This document shows positions 48,596 through 62,664 of a stretch of 64,000 nucleotides of DNA, piece by piece. The position numbers and the translations under genes are program-made. The number at the start of each line of letters is the position of its first letter. The stretch's first letter is position 1. Under the pieces are notes generated by a model, which did no database searches, had not been told where the DNA came from, and was given only the letters and a program-made list of their open reading frames with translations. The stretch lies in assembly GCA_035084275.1 (NCBI GenBank), contig CM068771.1, forward strand, positions 1,178,001-1,242,000. Direction: 5' to 3'. The DNA comes from Hydrolagus colliei (lineage: Eukaryota).

Positions 48596-50144
48596 TGCGG
48601 GTAACTTCACTTCCAAGTGAGCTTTGTAACCATCTTTACTCTCTGTCCGTCATTCCATTAGTCCCTGGCTTTGCCCCAGAAACGCTATGATTATAATTCC
48701 CTCTGCTTTCACTTTGCAGTGTCACATTGAGCCTCTCCCAGCCTCAATGCGTGAGGGATGACAATGCTGATAGCTCTTCTCTGAGCCTTAGCTTGACCAT
48801 TTGGCTGCAGCAGCTGAACCATACCCTAACAATATTTACACTCTCCTACTCCAAACTGTTTGTTGCTCCAACTCAGTCAATGTCTTCTACAAGCGGCCGC
48901 ATGATCGCACCCTCCTGTACTCACAGCAGCCCTATGTTCCCTCCTTGAAATCCCCCCCTGAACTGATTGTGTAAAACGCTGCTGTCTGTCCATCACCAGC
49001 CGCCATGATTCCCCCATCCTCAATTTACTCCACTTTACTCTCTGACATCTCCACCCTCCTGTCCTCCTTCTAAATGCTGTTCTGAACTCCTCATAATTTT
49101 GGGGGTGAATTTAACCACAACGCTCTTGCATTCGGTCACACTTGACACACTAGCCCCTGTCAACTCCAGCACTACTACTTACTGAGACATGCAACACTGC
49201 TAGAGTAGCCAACTTCACTCCATCAAAATTCAGCTGCTCTCCGAATACTGTCCCATTTCAAACATTCCTTCTCTTTCCAAAGTTGTGGCCTGTGTTGTCG
49301 CTTTGCAGCTTTGCCTTTCCTCTCCCAACGTCACCCCACAACCCTTCAAATTTGTATTTTTGTATTTTTCATAAAATAGAGTCAAGCATGGTCAAGGTAA
49401 AAAAAAATGACAATCTGTTCAAATAAATTTTCACATTCATGGCAAACTCGGAAGCCAATTGACATGTAAGTGACACATAAAATATTGTAGATTGAGTGAA
49501 CAAACATTTTGAGTTTTGTTATTTTTGAAGGAAAGATTATACCCAGAAAAGCGATCAACCAATTGACTAACAACCGGGTCCTATAGATATTGCAAAGGGA
49601 GGTGTGAGCAGTGAGGAACATGTCTCAAAGTTTTGCCTTGACTGGACATCGAGACCAGATCCACCACATGTGAGGAATGCTCTTAACACGAAGCTAAAGG
49701 ACTTCACAACTTGCTCCTGCATGATGTTACCAATATTTAACGTCAGATTACCTCCATTCTCCTGATCTTACCATTCAGCGCAGTTGCATAGTGTGTGGTC
49801 TTGTCAATTATGAATTAATGTTGACTCTCTCAGAGCATCTACTCAGCATTCAACTGTCAAATTGCAGCTTCTTGACTGTTTGTCATTCACAGTAGCTTTA
49901 GCAATATCGATATATGGCTCCTGAGACAAGCAGACCAGAATTGGATATTATGTTTTGTGGTATAAATCTACTTGGTGCTGTTCCTTTTATGCAGTCATTC
50001 ACTTACTTCACTTGAAACTTGTCCAGTTAACACTGGTGATTAGATCAGTTTACTTCCTTGGGAAAAGAAACATGATTTTCGGGTGCAAACTTGGAAAAAT
50101 GGGACACACAGCTGTATCCAACTGAACCTCCATCGACAACGTAC

Positions 50145-50208
50145 CAGGAAAGCCAATGATTCCCAGCGTAGGGTAAAACACTTTTTCTATTTCTATTATT
50201 CCCATCAT
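50145..50208 (-). CDS. GPCR g4, coding exon 1
   Basis: MMGIIEIEKVFYPTLGIIGFP followed by G|GTACGT. Confidence 0.87.
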
Positions 50209-51379
50209 TGTCAATGGTGTACTGTATTAGGCTGACACTGTTCTGATATTGAAGCCTATGAAGCTGCTCCCATCCATTCAGAGCTTCACCTTTTTATTCC
50301 TCGGAGTCAGCTCTGCAGGGACTGTCATTGTGCAATTAATAAATTATCTGTACAAACAACTGAGAATAAGTGGCTCACGCCATTCTAAACCAAATGTAGT
50401 TTTGTGTGTAGAAATAATTTCACAATAATTAAAAATATTAAATTGTTTGTTAGAGGCCAACCATCTCTCTCTGGATAACACTATATTATAAAGAGGAGAG
50501 ATGAATGGAGAGACCATTGTTTCATTTAGCTGGACAACACATGTAAAGTGGAATCGAGCTATACTGGCATAGCCAAACTATGCTGTGAAATGATTGATAA
50601 CAAGTTTTGGTCTTGACTGTGAATTCTTGAATTCGATAGTTTTTAAATAAATGAATGAAGAGTGAAAACAGAAAGTGTTGTATGTGCGTAATAACCCCCT
50701 AACCGAGGACTGGTCTCCCAATTCCAAACTGTTCATCGGATACTGCTGTGCAGAAATAGCAGCGACATTTTGCCCTGTCAAGCATGAGGTCAAGTGACTC
50801 TACAGTGAAGTCTGTGAAGTGTTTTGGTGAATGTCACCATGATGGAGGCCCACTGTTTTGTCTCCAACAAGCGCCTCCATATCTTGGGCGGTGACAAAAG
50901 CTTCATCCTCCAACGATAATGATGTGGAGCCAATACAGAAGCTCGGTGAGATGCTTGAACTCGGATGTACTTCATATACTTCATTCACGCCAAGACCCAC
51001 TCTACATTTCACCACTTCTGCAACATTACTTGGCCCAGCCACTGACTTAAACCACAAGCTGGAAATATTCACATAAAACAAAATGAATAAAAAATACAAG
51101 GATTGATAATGTGCAGCTTCCACTGCATATAGGCCTCCCCCATTCTTACCCGTTCACAATCCCTCCCTGTAGGTGAAGACATCAGCTGCACAATACTGGG
51201 TGGTAGGTGGCAGATAATCCAGTGTTTTGCAGCTGATGCCTTCTCCTACACAGGACTCCACAATCCTATCAATATCTTATCCTCACCTGACTCCACTGGC
51301 TGTCCATTATGAAACAACAATAACCGCAACCACGAAACACGAAAGGTACTCCTCCTTTCATATCGGGAGGATTTCCCAA

Positions 51380-52070
51380 GGCGTTGGTCTGTTTGATCCC
51401 GAACTGTCCTTCCTCCCTCATAACCGTGCCATGACCGGTACAACCTTCCATAATCTCCGTAACATTGCCAGACTCCGCCACTGCCTCACCCCCCCCCATG
51501 CTGCTACTCGTCGGCCTTCTTAGCTTCTCCCTTCAAACGCTGCTGATCATTCAGAATTCTGAAGCTCGTGTGCTCTCCTGCGCTGGGCTCCTCAACCACA
51601 TCAATCCCACCTCCGCCCATCTCCACTGCCTCCCCATCCCACAGAGTATTGAATTCAAGATCCTCAACCTCACCTTCAAGGCCATTCACGGCCTTGCCCT
51701 CGCCTATCTCTCCGACATGATGTCTCCCTGTCAGCCCACCATCCCATCTGCTCAGCAGGCTCTGGCCTGCTCCAAGACGCCGCACGATAGGTAGCCGGGA
51801 TTTCAGCCTGTCTGCTCCCACAGTATCGAACTCCATCCCGCAATCCCTTCGACTCCCTTTCCTCCTTCAAGGTCAGTCTCAAGACCCTCTTATTTGACCG
51901 TGCCTTCTGCTGCCCTCCTAACTCTTCCCCATCTCCCGACTCCCACTCTCATTCGCCTTTCCCCTACCCCAACCATTCCCCACCTGCTCGGGGAATCGAC
52001 CTGACTGCTAAGCACCTTGAGACATGCACCCATTGTGAAATACGCTCGAAAATGTAATTTTGTTGTTGTT
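51380..52070 (+). mobile_element. L2 LINE 3' end
   Basis: 'LRNIARLR', 'LHCLPIPQSIEFKIL.LTFKAIHG' and (TTG)n tail. Confidence 0.78.
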
Positions 52071-52689
52071 CACGTCGGGAGCACATACCATGTTGCTCCA
52101 TGCCCTTCTTCCCGCCTACCTCTGTCACCCTATAACACTCTACAAACGCGTCCATTGCATGCACTCAGCTGGCTCCTTCCTGCTTCATGACCTTCACCTT
52201 GCCTACCCCATCATTGTCATTCGAGCCTTCAGCTTCTATCACGCAGAATCTTCTACTCTACTGCTCCCTTATCTCCTTCAAGTCACATCTATTTTTCGTC
52301 CATGCCTTTGGTCGGCACTTTTCATCCCTGCCATAGTCCATCCTCCCTAATCTTGACACTTGCAGCATGGGTCGGAACACTGATTGTCCATTGTATTTGC
52401 ACGTCCACCTAACTTGAAATGCGCTGTCACAAGTTATCTTACATTGTTGTTGTTGTTCTGCTCACCACAATGTAAAATGGATATTACAGAGATTGAAAAG
52501 ATACAGAGGATAACAACCACATTGATTGAGGGGACAGAATCCCTGAATTCAGTTTGGTTAAATAGTTAAAAATTTGGGTGAAAGTATAATCAGGGAAACA
52601 TTTAGATCTTTATCCTTTGTAAAAGATGGATAGATAATCAAAGCATAATAGCCAAGAATGATGGACGAATGTTACAGCAAAGTTTTCTT

Positions 52690-52980
52690 CAAATTCCTTG
52701 TTGATCAAACACTTGGTTGCATACAATCAGAATTATAATCTCACAAGGAGGCTTTTGGGTCCATGTTGGAATGCTCGGTCCAAATTATTCCCGCTCCGCC
52801 ATGAGCTCACCAAAGGTCTGCACATTTTCCCTCCCCAAATAATTATCAACATCTCTCTTGAAAGTTGTTATCAAATCGACTCCCATCAGCCATTCAGGCA
52901 ATGCATTCCAAATACGACATACTCGCTGTGTGAAGAAAAACTTTTCTACTTCTTTTGACAACCATTTTAAACTGACCATT
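52690..52980 (-). mobile_element. CR1 LINE 3' end, degenerate
   Basis: Minus ORF 'FFFTQRVCRIWNALPE'. Confidence 0.75.
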
Positions 52981-54532
52981 CTATTCTTGTATCTTTCAGT
53001 GGCATTATTTCAGGGATGTGGATGAACGAAACTGTCCTAGATTTTGCCGTTACTTGAATTAATCCCAGGTCTCCCACGTGCAATGCAAATTCTCTAGGCA
53101 GGCAGCAGGCATGCAGGTCAGAAACTGGTCAGAAATGGTGAGTGTAGAAGAATAGAGTGGTCAATGTTATGGAAAGCAGCCCAGAATTTGAGAAAGTTGT
53201 TGAGAAACAGAAAGGCAATGGTCGTAGTTGGACAGATTGTTATTTTATTTACCTTGACCAGGGCTGAGTCGATGCTACGATCAATACAAAACCCAAAGTT
53301 TGAAGGGGTTGTGGGGTGAAGTTGGGAGAGGAAAGGCATAGTTGGGAAGCGACAATACACTCCACGAATTTGCACAGACAAGAAAAGTTTGGAATAGGAG
53401 GTATACAGAGAGCACCTGAGATTTGAGGGAATTGCTGCTGTACCAGGTTTACATCTATCAGTAAGTAATGGTGTGGGAGCTGACAGGGGCTCGTGTGTGA
53501 CAGTGGCTTGTGTATGACCAAATGCAAAATAGTTGTGGTTAAAGTCACCCAAGATTATGAGGAGTCCAGAACAGCATGCAGAAGGAGCACAGGAGGGTGG
53601 AGATGTCAGAAAGTGGAGGAAATTGGACATGGGGGAACCTTCGTGCAGGCTGATGGATAGCTAACAGCATTTGCAATGATCAGATCAGTGGAGGATTCAT
53701 AGGAGGGAACATAGGGCTGCTGTGATTACAGGAATGTGAGAAGAAGTGGAAGTTGGCAGGAGAGTGATAAGCTCTCTGAGAATCCGTCCGGCATGGAGGG
53801 CACTATATAAATCGAAGTTGTTGTTGTTGTTGTTGAGTTCAGCAACAAAGTGCAGTGAGCAGGAGAGGGTAAATAGGGGTTGATGCTGCAGCCAAATTCT
53901 CAATCTGAGACATGGAGAAATTTAACCAGTGAGGCATCGTCAGACTACACAAATTGAGACTGGGGAATGCTTGATGAAGCACTCCAATATGCAGGCAGAG
54001 GGAAATATGATCATGGCATTTTTGGAGGAACGCCGCAGAGTGACGGACATAGAGTAAAGATGTTTACAAACCTAACATGGAAGTGAAATGACCTGGTTTG
54101 ATTTGCATGAAGGGCAATGGCTTAGCAGTATTTCCTAGCACACCATGCTCTTTATACATCGCAATTAATTGGAGCGTGAAGGTTATTTAATCGGTGCTTT
54201 CTTTTCAAAGATAATAATCCTTCTAAATATGAATTGATCATTGTTAGTGATTGGGACATTGATTTGTGCAATTACTGCTTTCACATCCATAATATATAGT
54301 GAAATTTCACGTTAGAGAATATCTGGTACAGATACAATGGGCTGAATGGCCTTCTGTGCTCTGGACGTCTATGTAACATTCTCTGAACACTCCTTGAAAA
54401 GCATTGTTTGAAATGTATGATCGAAGTGATAATGCAACAAGCAAATGCATAGAACATTATTATAGTTTGCTGCCAGGCACAATCAAGTATGAGAAAAATA
54501 CATCTACAATTGTGTTTGTGACTTTCCTGCAG

Positions 54533-55433
54533 CGATCGCGGTGACCATTGTGGTCCTGTCTCAGGGAAAGTGTGGACTCTCCAAATGTGTCACCCTCTAC
54601 CTGGTCGCAATGGCTGTTGCTGATCTGCTGGTCATATTCATTGTTGTGATCCTGAGGAAGACATTTCAGCTTCACCTGCCAAACTTGCCCTTGTTCCAGA
54701 CCCCCGTGTGCCGAGTGCAACTTGTGCTGCGCTTCTTCGTCCTTGATATCTCTGTCTGGCTGACCATGGCCTTCACCTTCGACCGCTTCATTGCCATCCG
54801 CTGCCCAAAGCTCAAACCCAAATACTGCACCGAGAGGACAGCGGGCCTGGTGATCTGGACAATCTCTGCATTTTTAAGCGCAAAAAATATCCCCATTTAT
54901 TTTGTTCTCTAACCGCTCATGATGATCAATTCACAGCCTTGGTGCTGCATTGTCAAGCCCAGCTGTTATACTGCTATTGGCTGGAGGGCGTTTATCTTTT
55001 TGCATACTGTTGTAAATCCAATGCTTCCCGTCATAGTTATCCTCCTCTTCAACTCTCTGACCATCAGGCAGGCTCTACTGACCAGCGCTGTGCGCCAGCG
55101 TCTGCGGGGACCATTGAAGTTGAAGGCCGAGGAGATGGCGAGTTGTCAGAAATCCATTATACTGCTCTTTGCCATCTCGGGGACCTTTGTGTTGCTGTGG
55201 CTCACCTACATGGTCACCTTCAAGTAATGTTGACAGAGGCCAAACTCGATCAGGCTGACTATAGCAGCGCATTCACCATCGCTGAGCATGTGGGTTACAT
55301 GCTGCATTTCTTCAGCTCCTGCTCCAACACTGTTATCTATGGTGTGACCCAAACCCAATTCAGGCAGCGCCTGAAATCCATCTTCATTTACCCCATCACT
55401 CGCTTACTGTGCCACAAAAATAAGCATGTTTAG
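54533..55433 (+). pseudogene. Inverted GPR139-like pseudogene g5 (exon 2 only)
   Basis: Nonsense TAA at 54910-54912 (Gln in g3/g4), frameshifting deletion near 55225, CC>RC after DRF, no exon 1 found upstream. Confidence 0.9.
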
Positions 55434-55684
55434 CTGTGTTGCCCTCTTTGGTCTTCACAACATTACATTCATTCACAGATTTGCACTATCTTAGAAATGG
55501 ACCAGCATCTCTGAAATAATCATTTTAAAATGGATTATAGAGCTCTTTGAAAATGCATTTTATTGTTTGAAAATAGATTTTGTGCAGTGAGATATCTTTA
55601 ACTCAAATCGGAACTTTGACTTTCAATAAAATTAAAGACGTCAGAGCAACCTGAGGTTTTATGTACTCTACATGTAAGAAGAAG

Positions 55685-57831
55685 AAAAATGAAGTCCAGA
55701 GCAAGGTGCAGGCGACACATGGGGGTCTGGAACAAGGGCAAATGCGGCAGGTGGAGCAGCAATGTCTTCCTCAGGATCACACCAATGAATATGACCAGCA
55801 GATTAGCAACAGCCATTGCGACCAGATAGGGGGTGACACATTTGCAGAGTCCACACAGTCCCTGTGCCAGGACCACATTGGTCAGTGCGATTGCTGCAGG
55901 AAATTCACAATCACTATCACAAATGTTTGAACTCTGGGCATGTGATTGGCGCCGGCACAAGTTTTATCATGCTTGACATCAACAATAATGTATAATAAAA
56001 GTTTGATAATTTTGTGATGTCACTTAGATGTCACAAAATGATAAACTGCATAGATTAATCATAAAGTAATGATAATAATACCCAACTTATATCAAAGTGT
56101 TGTAGTAATTGTTGGCAATTGATATGGTGCTGAGGAAGTCGATCAGAATTCTCAAATTGAGGAGGGGTTCACTCATTACTAATGGAAAACTTCACAGAAT
56201 AGTACAACATGGTGGAAACACAGAATGAGGCCATTTGGGGTTTTGTGCATGTGTTGGATATTGTAAACATTAAAGTTAACCTTTTTGTGTGTGAGTGCCA
56301 GCAGCTAATTGTGCAAATAGTGAGCTCCACACAGTCATGCATTGTGTGACCAAATGAGATTGTTTGGGTTGAACATTTCTCCCGGAAAAGTAAGCTACAG
56401 TTATCCAGACTCCAATTTATTGCTAGACAAACAGAGGAATGAACAGAGGAATCAAACCGGGTCACTTCACTTTCAAGCGAGTAATCTAGCAACTGCACTC
56501 AAGGATTTGCCCACTCAAACTGTTGGAATCAATATAATCTAGTGAGACTGACCTGTTGGAGAGATTCCAAACACAGGCTAAACGGCAGTAATCTAAGGCA
56601 CACGTGAGGAAAAATCAGTACCCTGGCTTATCAAAGTAATTTGGGGAGAAATAAATTCTAACTGGCCTTGTTTCCAAACTGAAAATGGTTGAGCGAGAAG
56701 CTTGACAGGCAGTGATGTATGTGGCAACTTATTGTACTCAATCAATTGGGTTAAACAATGACAAGCATCGAAGTCAAAATCTGCGATTCAACAAACTTTG
56801 ACATATTTCAAATTGCATATCAAAATAAATAACTGGACCACCTGTGACAAGGGAGATATTTGCACTTCATTCCAGATGATGAGAAATTTCCATGTTTAGG
56901 GAATAGGTTAAATAATTGGTGATCTATTTGGTTTAGAATTTCTAAAACACTCGAGACATAGTCAGTTGTATCAGATATCCCTCTCAACAAATTCACATTC
57001 AGAAGCTGAAATCTGAATAGCATTTCAGAAGCCACAAAGCACTTGACAGATGTGAATTGCTTGTATAATATTGCAGGAAATGCTAGACAGCCAAGAGAGC
57101 ATAACAGTGAAGGATATACAGTCGTGGAACGAGTGACAAAATAATTAGTGTAACTGTTATCTTTGAAGAGATTATCGCTACTGAAAAATTCGTCCACAGA
57201 TTATCTAACCAGTTTCCTGCTTACTGCTAGTGAAGCAGAGGGTTTCGATCATGGAAACTTGTCTAACATTCCGTCTTGCCCTTGAGATTTTACACCTGGA
57301 AAATCGAAGCACTGTAGCTCAGTAGTTAGAGAACATGCCTTCCATGGGTTCCATTCCAGGCATGTCAGGGCGAAACCTTAGCAAGTTTATTTACTCCACA
57401 TGCCTAATAATAATCCATCAAAAACAATACTAAATGGTGATTCCAACACACTTCTCTTTGTGGGATAGTTAATATGTGATCCTTTCAACTATGAACTCTT
57501 GTAGCAGAATATAACGATTTTGCTCCAGTGACTTGTGCATCCGAATTGTAAAGTGTGTTATATTTTGTGACAGCAGTTGGTTATTTCACTGCCGGGCTGT
57601 CACCCACTCTCTCTCTCTCTCTGCATGCACTTGCAGACCATCCTCTTAATATTGTGGATCAGGTCAGTTTATCTTCAGAGGCCAACACATTCTATTGCCA
57701 GGTGAACAGATACAGGTGTGGAGCAACGAGGCATGGCTGTACATCAGTGAACTCACTTGCAACAACGTACCAGGACAACCAATGATTCCTAGTGTAGGAT
57801 ACAACACATTTCATACTTCTATGATTCCCAT
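55685..57831 (-). pseudogene. Truncated GPR139-like pseudogene g6 (exon 1 57771-57831; exon 2 stub 55893 to about 55685)
   Basis: Exon 1 MGIIEV*NVLYPTLGIIGCP has TGA at 57811-57813; exon 2 stops at the start of TM3; promoter module missing. Confidence 0.88.
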
Positions 57832-58163
57832 AATTTTTAAGCTGTATTGGCTTCTGCTGACACTTTTCTGTTGCTGAAGCATGATAACTTCTACCTACCG
57901 TTCAGATCTTCGTATTTTTAATAATGAATATCTGTCTTATTTGTGCAGTATGTAACACCTCAATGTATTCCAATCTATTATTTTGAAAATGCTTTAACAT
58001 TCTCAAACAACTGTAACAAATATCACGTGAAAGAAAAAAGACATGTTCCAAATTGAGGAGCTCTTTATCCAATCTAGAGGTTACTATTTCAAACCAATAA
58101 TGGAAAATTTCTAATATAGTCTGTTGGTGTCTTTTTCTGTGAAGACCAAATAGAGCAGGCCAG

Positions 58164-59068
58164 CTAAACGTGGTTATGTGAGTGGCCCAACAAGCGAGTG
58201 ATGGGGTAAATGAAGATAGATTTCAGACGTTGCCTGAACTGGGTTTGGGTCACACCATAGATGATGGTGTTGGTGCAGGAGCTGAGGGACTGCAGCATGT
58301 AACCCACCTCCTCAGCGATGGTGAAAGGGCTGCTGTAGTTGGACTGTGTGACCTGCTCATCTGTCACCATAGCGTACAGGTAGATCAACATATAGGTGAG
58401 CCACAGCAACACGAATGTCCCCGAGATGGTAAAAAGCAAGATTATGGATTTCCGCCGACTCTCCATTTCCTCATCGCTCCCCTTCGCAGTCCCCCTTAGA
58501 CGCTGCCGCACCCTGCTGGACACGAGCACTTGCCTAATTGTCAGAGAGTTGAAGAGGAGGATAAGGATGAAGGGAAGCAGTGGATTTACAGTCAGGTCTA
58601 GAAAGGCAAAGACATTCCATCCAAGAGCAGTATAACATTTGGGCTTCGTCATGCAGAACCAGGGCTGCAAATTGATCATCATCTTCGGTTCATACATAAA
58701 GTAGATGGGGATGTTCTCCAAGCATAAAAATGCACAGATTGTCCAGATCACCAGGCCCGCTGTCCTCTCGGTGCAGTATTTGGGTTTGAGCTTTGGGCAG
58801 CAGATGGCAATGAAGCGGTCGAAGGTGAAGGCCATGGTCAGCCAGACAGAGATATCAAGGACGATGCATCGCATCATGATGTGCATGCGGCACACGGGGG
58901 TCTGGAACAAGGGCAAATGCGGCAGGTGGAGCAGAAATATCTTCCTCAGGATCACAGCAATGAATATGACCAGCAGATCAGCAACAGCCATAGCGACCAG
59001 GTAGCGGTTGACACATTTGGAGAGTCCGCAGATTCCCTGGGCCAGGACCACAATGGTCACCACGATCG
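58164..59068 (-). CDS. GPR139-like GPCR g7, coding exon 2 (spliced 322 aa)
   Basis: Acceptor tttcatgcag|CG ATC GTG; 905-nt open exon with family motifs. Confidence 0.92.
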
Positions 59069-60768
59069 CTGCATGAAAGTCATAAACACAATCATAGATA
59101 TTCTTACACTATAATGGCATGGTCTCAAATTTGATCGCTCCTCACATCAAACTATAATAATACTGTTGGCGATGGGTATTATGCTGATAACATCGTTCAA
59201 AAGTCTCAAAATAATGAGGTTCACAGATTGTTTATAGAATATTACATAGTGTAAAACAGAATGTAACTGTGCTGGATATTTTGTATGGTGAAATTGCTGA
59301 ACATTTTTTGTGCCAAATTGACAAATCTACACAATTAAATAAACGGACCAAGTATGCCAAGGGAGATATTTGCACCTCATTCCAGATGCTGGGATATTTA
59401 CATGTGTAGGGAAGAGCTTACATATGTTGATCCAAAGCACTTCAGTAGTTTTCTCTGGTGTCCGATACCCCGCTGAGCAATAACAGCAACCTGCATCTTG
59501 TGGTTCCTAACAGCACAATCCTTGTTTACTTTCTCAAGGCCAGATAGCGCAGTTAGCATATTAACAGAATAGCATGTTTCAAATGTATTTCATTTGGATA
59601 TCAAATTCTTTATGAGACGTTAAATAGTTCAGGAGCTGCAGATCATTCAGTAGTTCCTTCCAGCAAACACTGCTCTTCTCCACACTTACTCGTGCTTTTT
59701 ATGCTTTTTAAATCTAAAACTCCTTGGAACTTTCCAGAGATCTTGAGATATTGAATGTGCAACCTAACACACCAACAGAAATTGGTTCGACGTTGGGTCA
59801 AAGGAAGGATAGCAACATGGACAATACAGCAGTCACCATATCTGTAACAACTTCCAATATCACCATTGACTATGAGTTAAACTTCTCAAAATTCATTTTA
59901 AACTCAGAACTTCCTATCATACTCCGGTTCATTGGATGAATCAGATTAAGAATTATATTGGTTGACCACCTGGCCAGTCCTATCTGTACATGTTGATATG
60001 CATTATAAAACAGAATACCCTCAACTTCTCTCTGATATTCCAAGTTGACGTCACTACCGATTGCTTAATTAATTAATTTCCTGCTGATTATTCAGTTGAT
60101 ACTGGTAATGAGGAAATTGTGCTCCAAATAATAGTATTAGTTATCCTTGCAATCGACATAGTGCCTGCATCATCCATGGGATGCATCAAATAGCTTCACA
60201 GAATGCACTGTTATGCAAATAAATTGGCTGTCAATTTGTGGACAAAATGAGACAGCCAATATATTAGAGCAGTGGCGAGGATATATTTTCAGTTTGAATG
60301 AATAAATACGTGTTATTACTATTTTTTCTGAAGCGATTATTAACCATGGATCTACTAGTTGTCTAACAATCAAGATTCTACTTACTGCTAGTGAATTAGA
60401 GGGGTTGGAACAAGGAAATTTGTCAAAAATTCTGCATTGCGCTAGAGATTATTGCACCTGGAAAATGGATTCAATGTATTTCCGAGTGTGTGATCTGATC
60501 AATTTTGAATTCTTGAACCAGATTATAAAAGTTTTGTACCTGTGAGATGGGGAACAGGATTCCATAGCGAGTTTTAATTTATGACATTACATGGTGAATC
60601 TCTGGTTATCCACTGTCTCTAACTACCCTTGCAGTTTGTTCTCGTAATAATGCAGATCAGGTCAGTTTAGCTCATGAGGCAAAGAAAAACTTTATCCAGG
60701 TGTAGAACTAGAGATGTGGAGCAACAAGAAATGGCTGTTGACAAATGAATGCCCTTCGAACAACGTAC

Positions 60769-60832
60769 CCGGAAAGCCAATGATTCCCAGTGCAGGGTAA
60801 AACACCTTTGCTACTTCTATGATTCCCATCAT
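60769..60832 (-). CDS. GPCR g7, coding exon 1
   Basis: MMGIIEVAKVFYPALGIIGFP followed by G|GTACGT; TATAAAA at 60914-60920. Confidence 0.87.
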
Positions 60833-62664
60833 TTTCAAGCTGTACTGGCTTCTGCTGGCACTGTTCTGCTGCTGACAATGAGAACCTCCTCCCAACCCTT
60901 CACAGTTTTCCCCTTTTATAACTGGGAGTCAGCTGGGCTGTGACAGTGATTGCGCAAGTAACAAATCATCTGAACACACAACTGGGGGCAACCAATGCCA
61001 CGCTTTTCTGCATTGAATGAAATGTTTTATGATCAGTAGCAATAAACAGAGGAGCAAATAACCATTCCGTCCCAGCTGTGCAGGAAGGAAACTGTATGGT
61101 CTTCTGCGCAGTTGATTGGAGTATTTATGCAATCCTGGCTAATGTCCATGTGGAATTGCAAACAATTTCCTAATCCGGATTCCTCTCCTTCACGAGTATG
61201 CGTTTGTGTGTGTGTGAAGAAAATCTGCAGAGGTCAAGCACAATTATTAATAATATTTATAATTTCACATTATGGAAGTGAATGAATGATGCTTCAAGCG
61301 GACTTTGTTTAGCCACATACCCACCTCTGAACACTCAACACCACTCATGTAACTTTTAATTTGGGAAGTAATTAGATTATGAGGAGTATGGAAACAACAA
61401 CGAAAACAAGAACAACAATACTTTTGGGCAATTCACTTACTCCATTCGCCTAAAAATAATCTGTCCGAAAACACTTGATATTAAAAAAATTGTTCGTTTC
61501 AATCCACAACTATATTTTGGGAAACTGCTCTCCGCAGTTCGCTGCAGTATTTCGCCCACAACCATAGCCAATTCACTTTACAGTATATTCTGTGAAGCGA
61601 TTTGAAACGTCAATGGGATGTGAAAAGTGCTATGTCAACATGCAAGGATTATTATTATGTTGTACGTAGCTGGCGAGTCACTGTTTCACACCTGAATTGG
61701 GGTCAAGGTCAGGGATTTTTCATGGAAATTATGAGACTGTGACGAATGGAACCATCAATGAACAGGGTCCTGAGGCAGGACTTGAATGAGGCTTGGGCGT
61801 GGGCATGTCTGATGGATTGCAGGTTGACTTCCAGAGGTCAGTCTTTTAAAACTCAATTTGAGAAACATTTCATCACTCTGGCGATAGTGAATTTACAGAA
61901 CACTCAAACGCAGATGCTGTGGGTGCTCAGTCATTGAACACATTCAAGGCTGAGATCAATAGCTTTAAAAGCTAAAGTGTTTAATGGGTATGAGGATATG
62001 GCAGTTAATTTGAATTAGGTGATTGATTGATGAATCAAAGTGGAGGGACTTGAGCCGGGATTTCAACGAGTCAATGGAGCGGGCGACATGATGGAATTTT
62101 GAAATGGTGGCAGAGTGGCTGAAAGCACCTGCCAATGGTGGGGATGGGCGGGTTGTGGACATGCAGCACCCGTTTTGATGCGGGACTTGTAGGAGGCGAG
62201 GGAGGGGGCGAGGTGAAAAGACTGCGATGTGGAGTGTCAGAGGTTGGGGGCAGAGTGGCTAGAACCTGCTGAGAGGAGAAGATGGAAAGGTTGATAAAGG
62301 GTTAGAAAATCACGGATACAGTTTGGGGCGAAGGTGTAGTGGGCCTTGAGTGTGAGCACCAGTTTCGTGAATTGGATCCTGTGATGATTGAGAGCCAATG
62401 GATCAACGGGAGTATAGGAGTGTTGGGGGTCACGTAGTTTGGAACAGTGGAAAATTCTGCATTGAGTCAATGATATCTAACTGTACAGATTACCACATGA
62501 AACTATGACAGGATGCGCCAACTTCAAGAGTGAAGCACACAATATAGGGTTCATTATTATTTCAATCATACATTGAGCAGCAGAGCTAAACATTATTGTA
62601 ACATTATTTATGTTACAATAATTTATAACATTTATAAATTACATGTTTAATTATTTTCACATAA

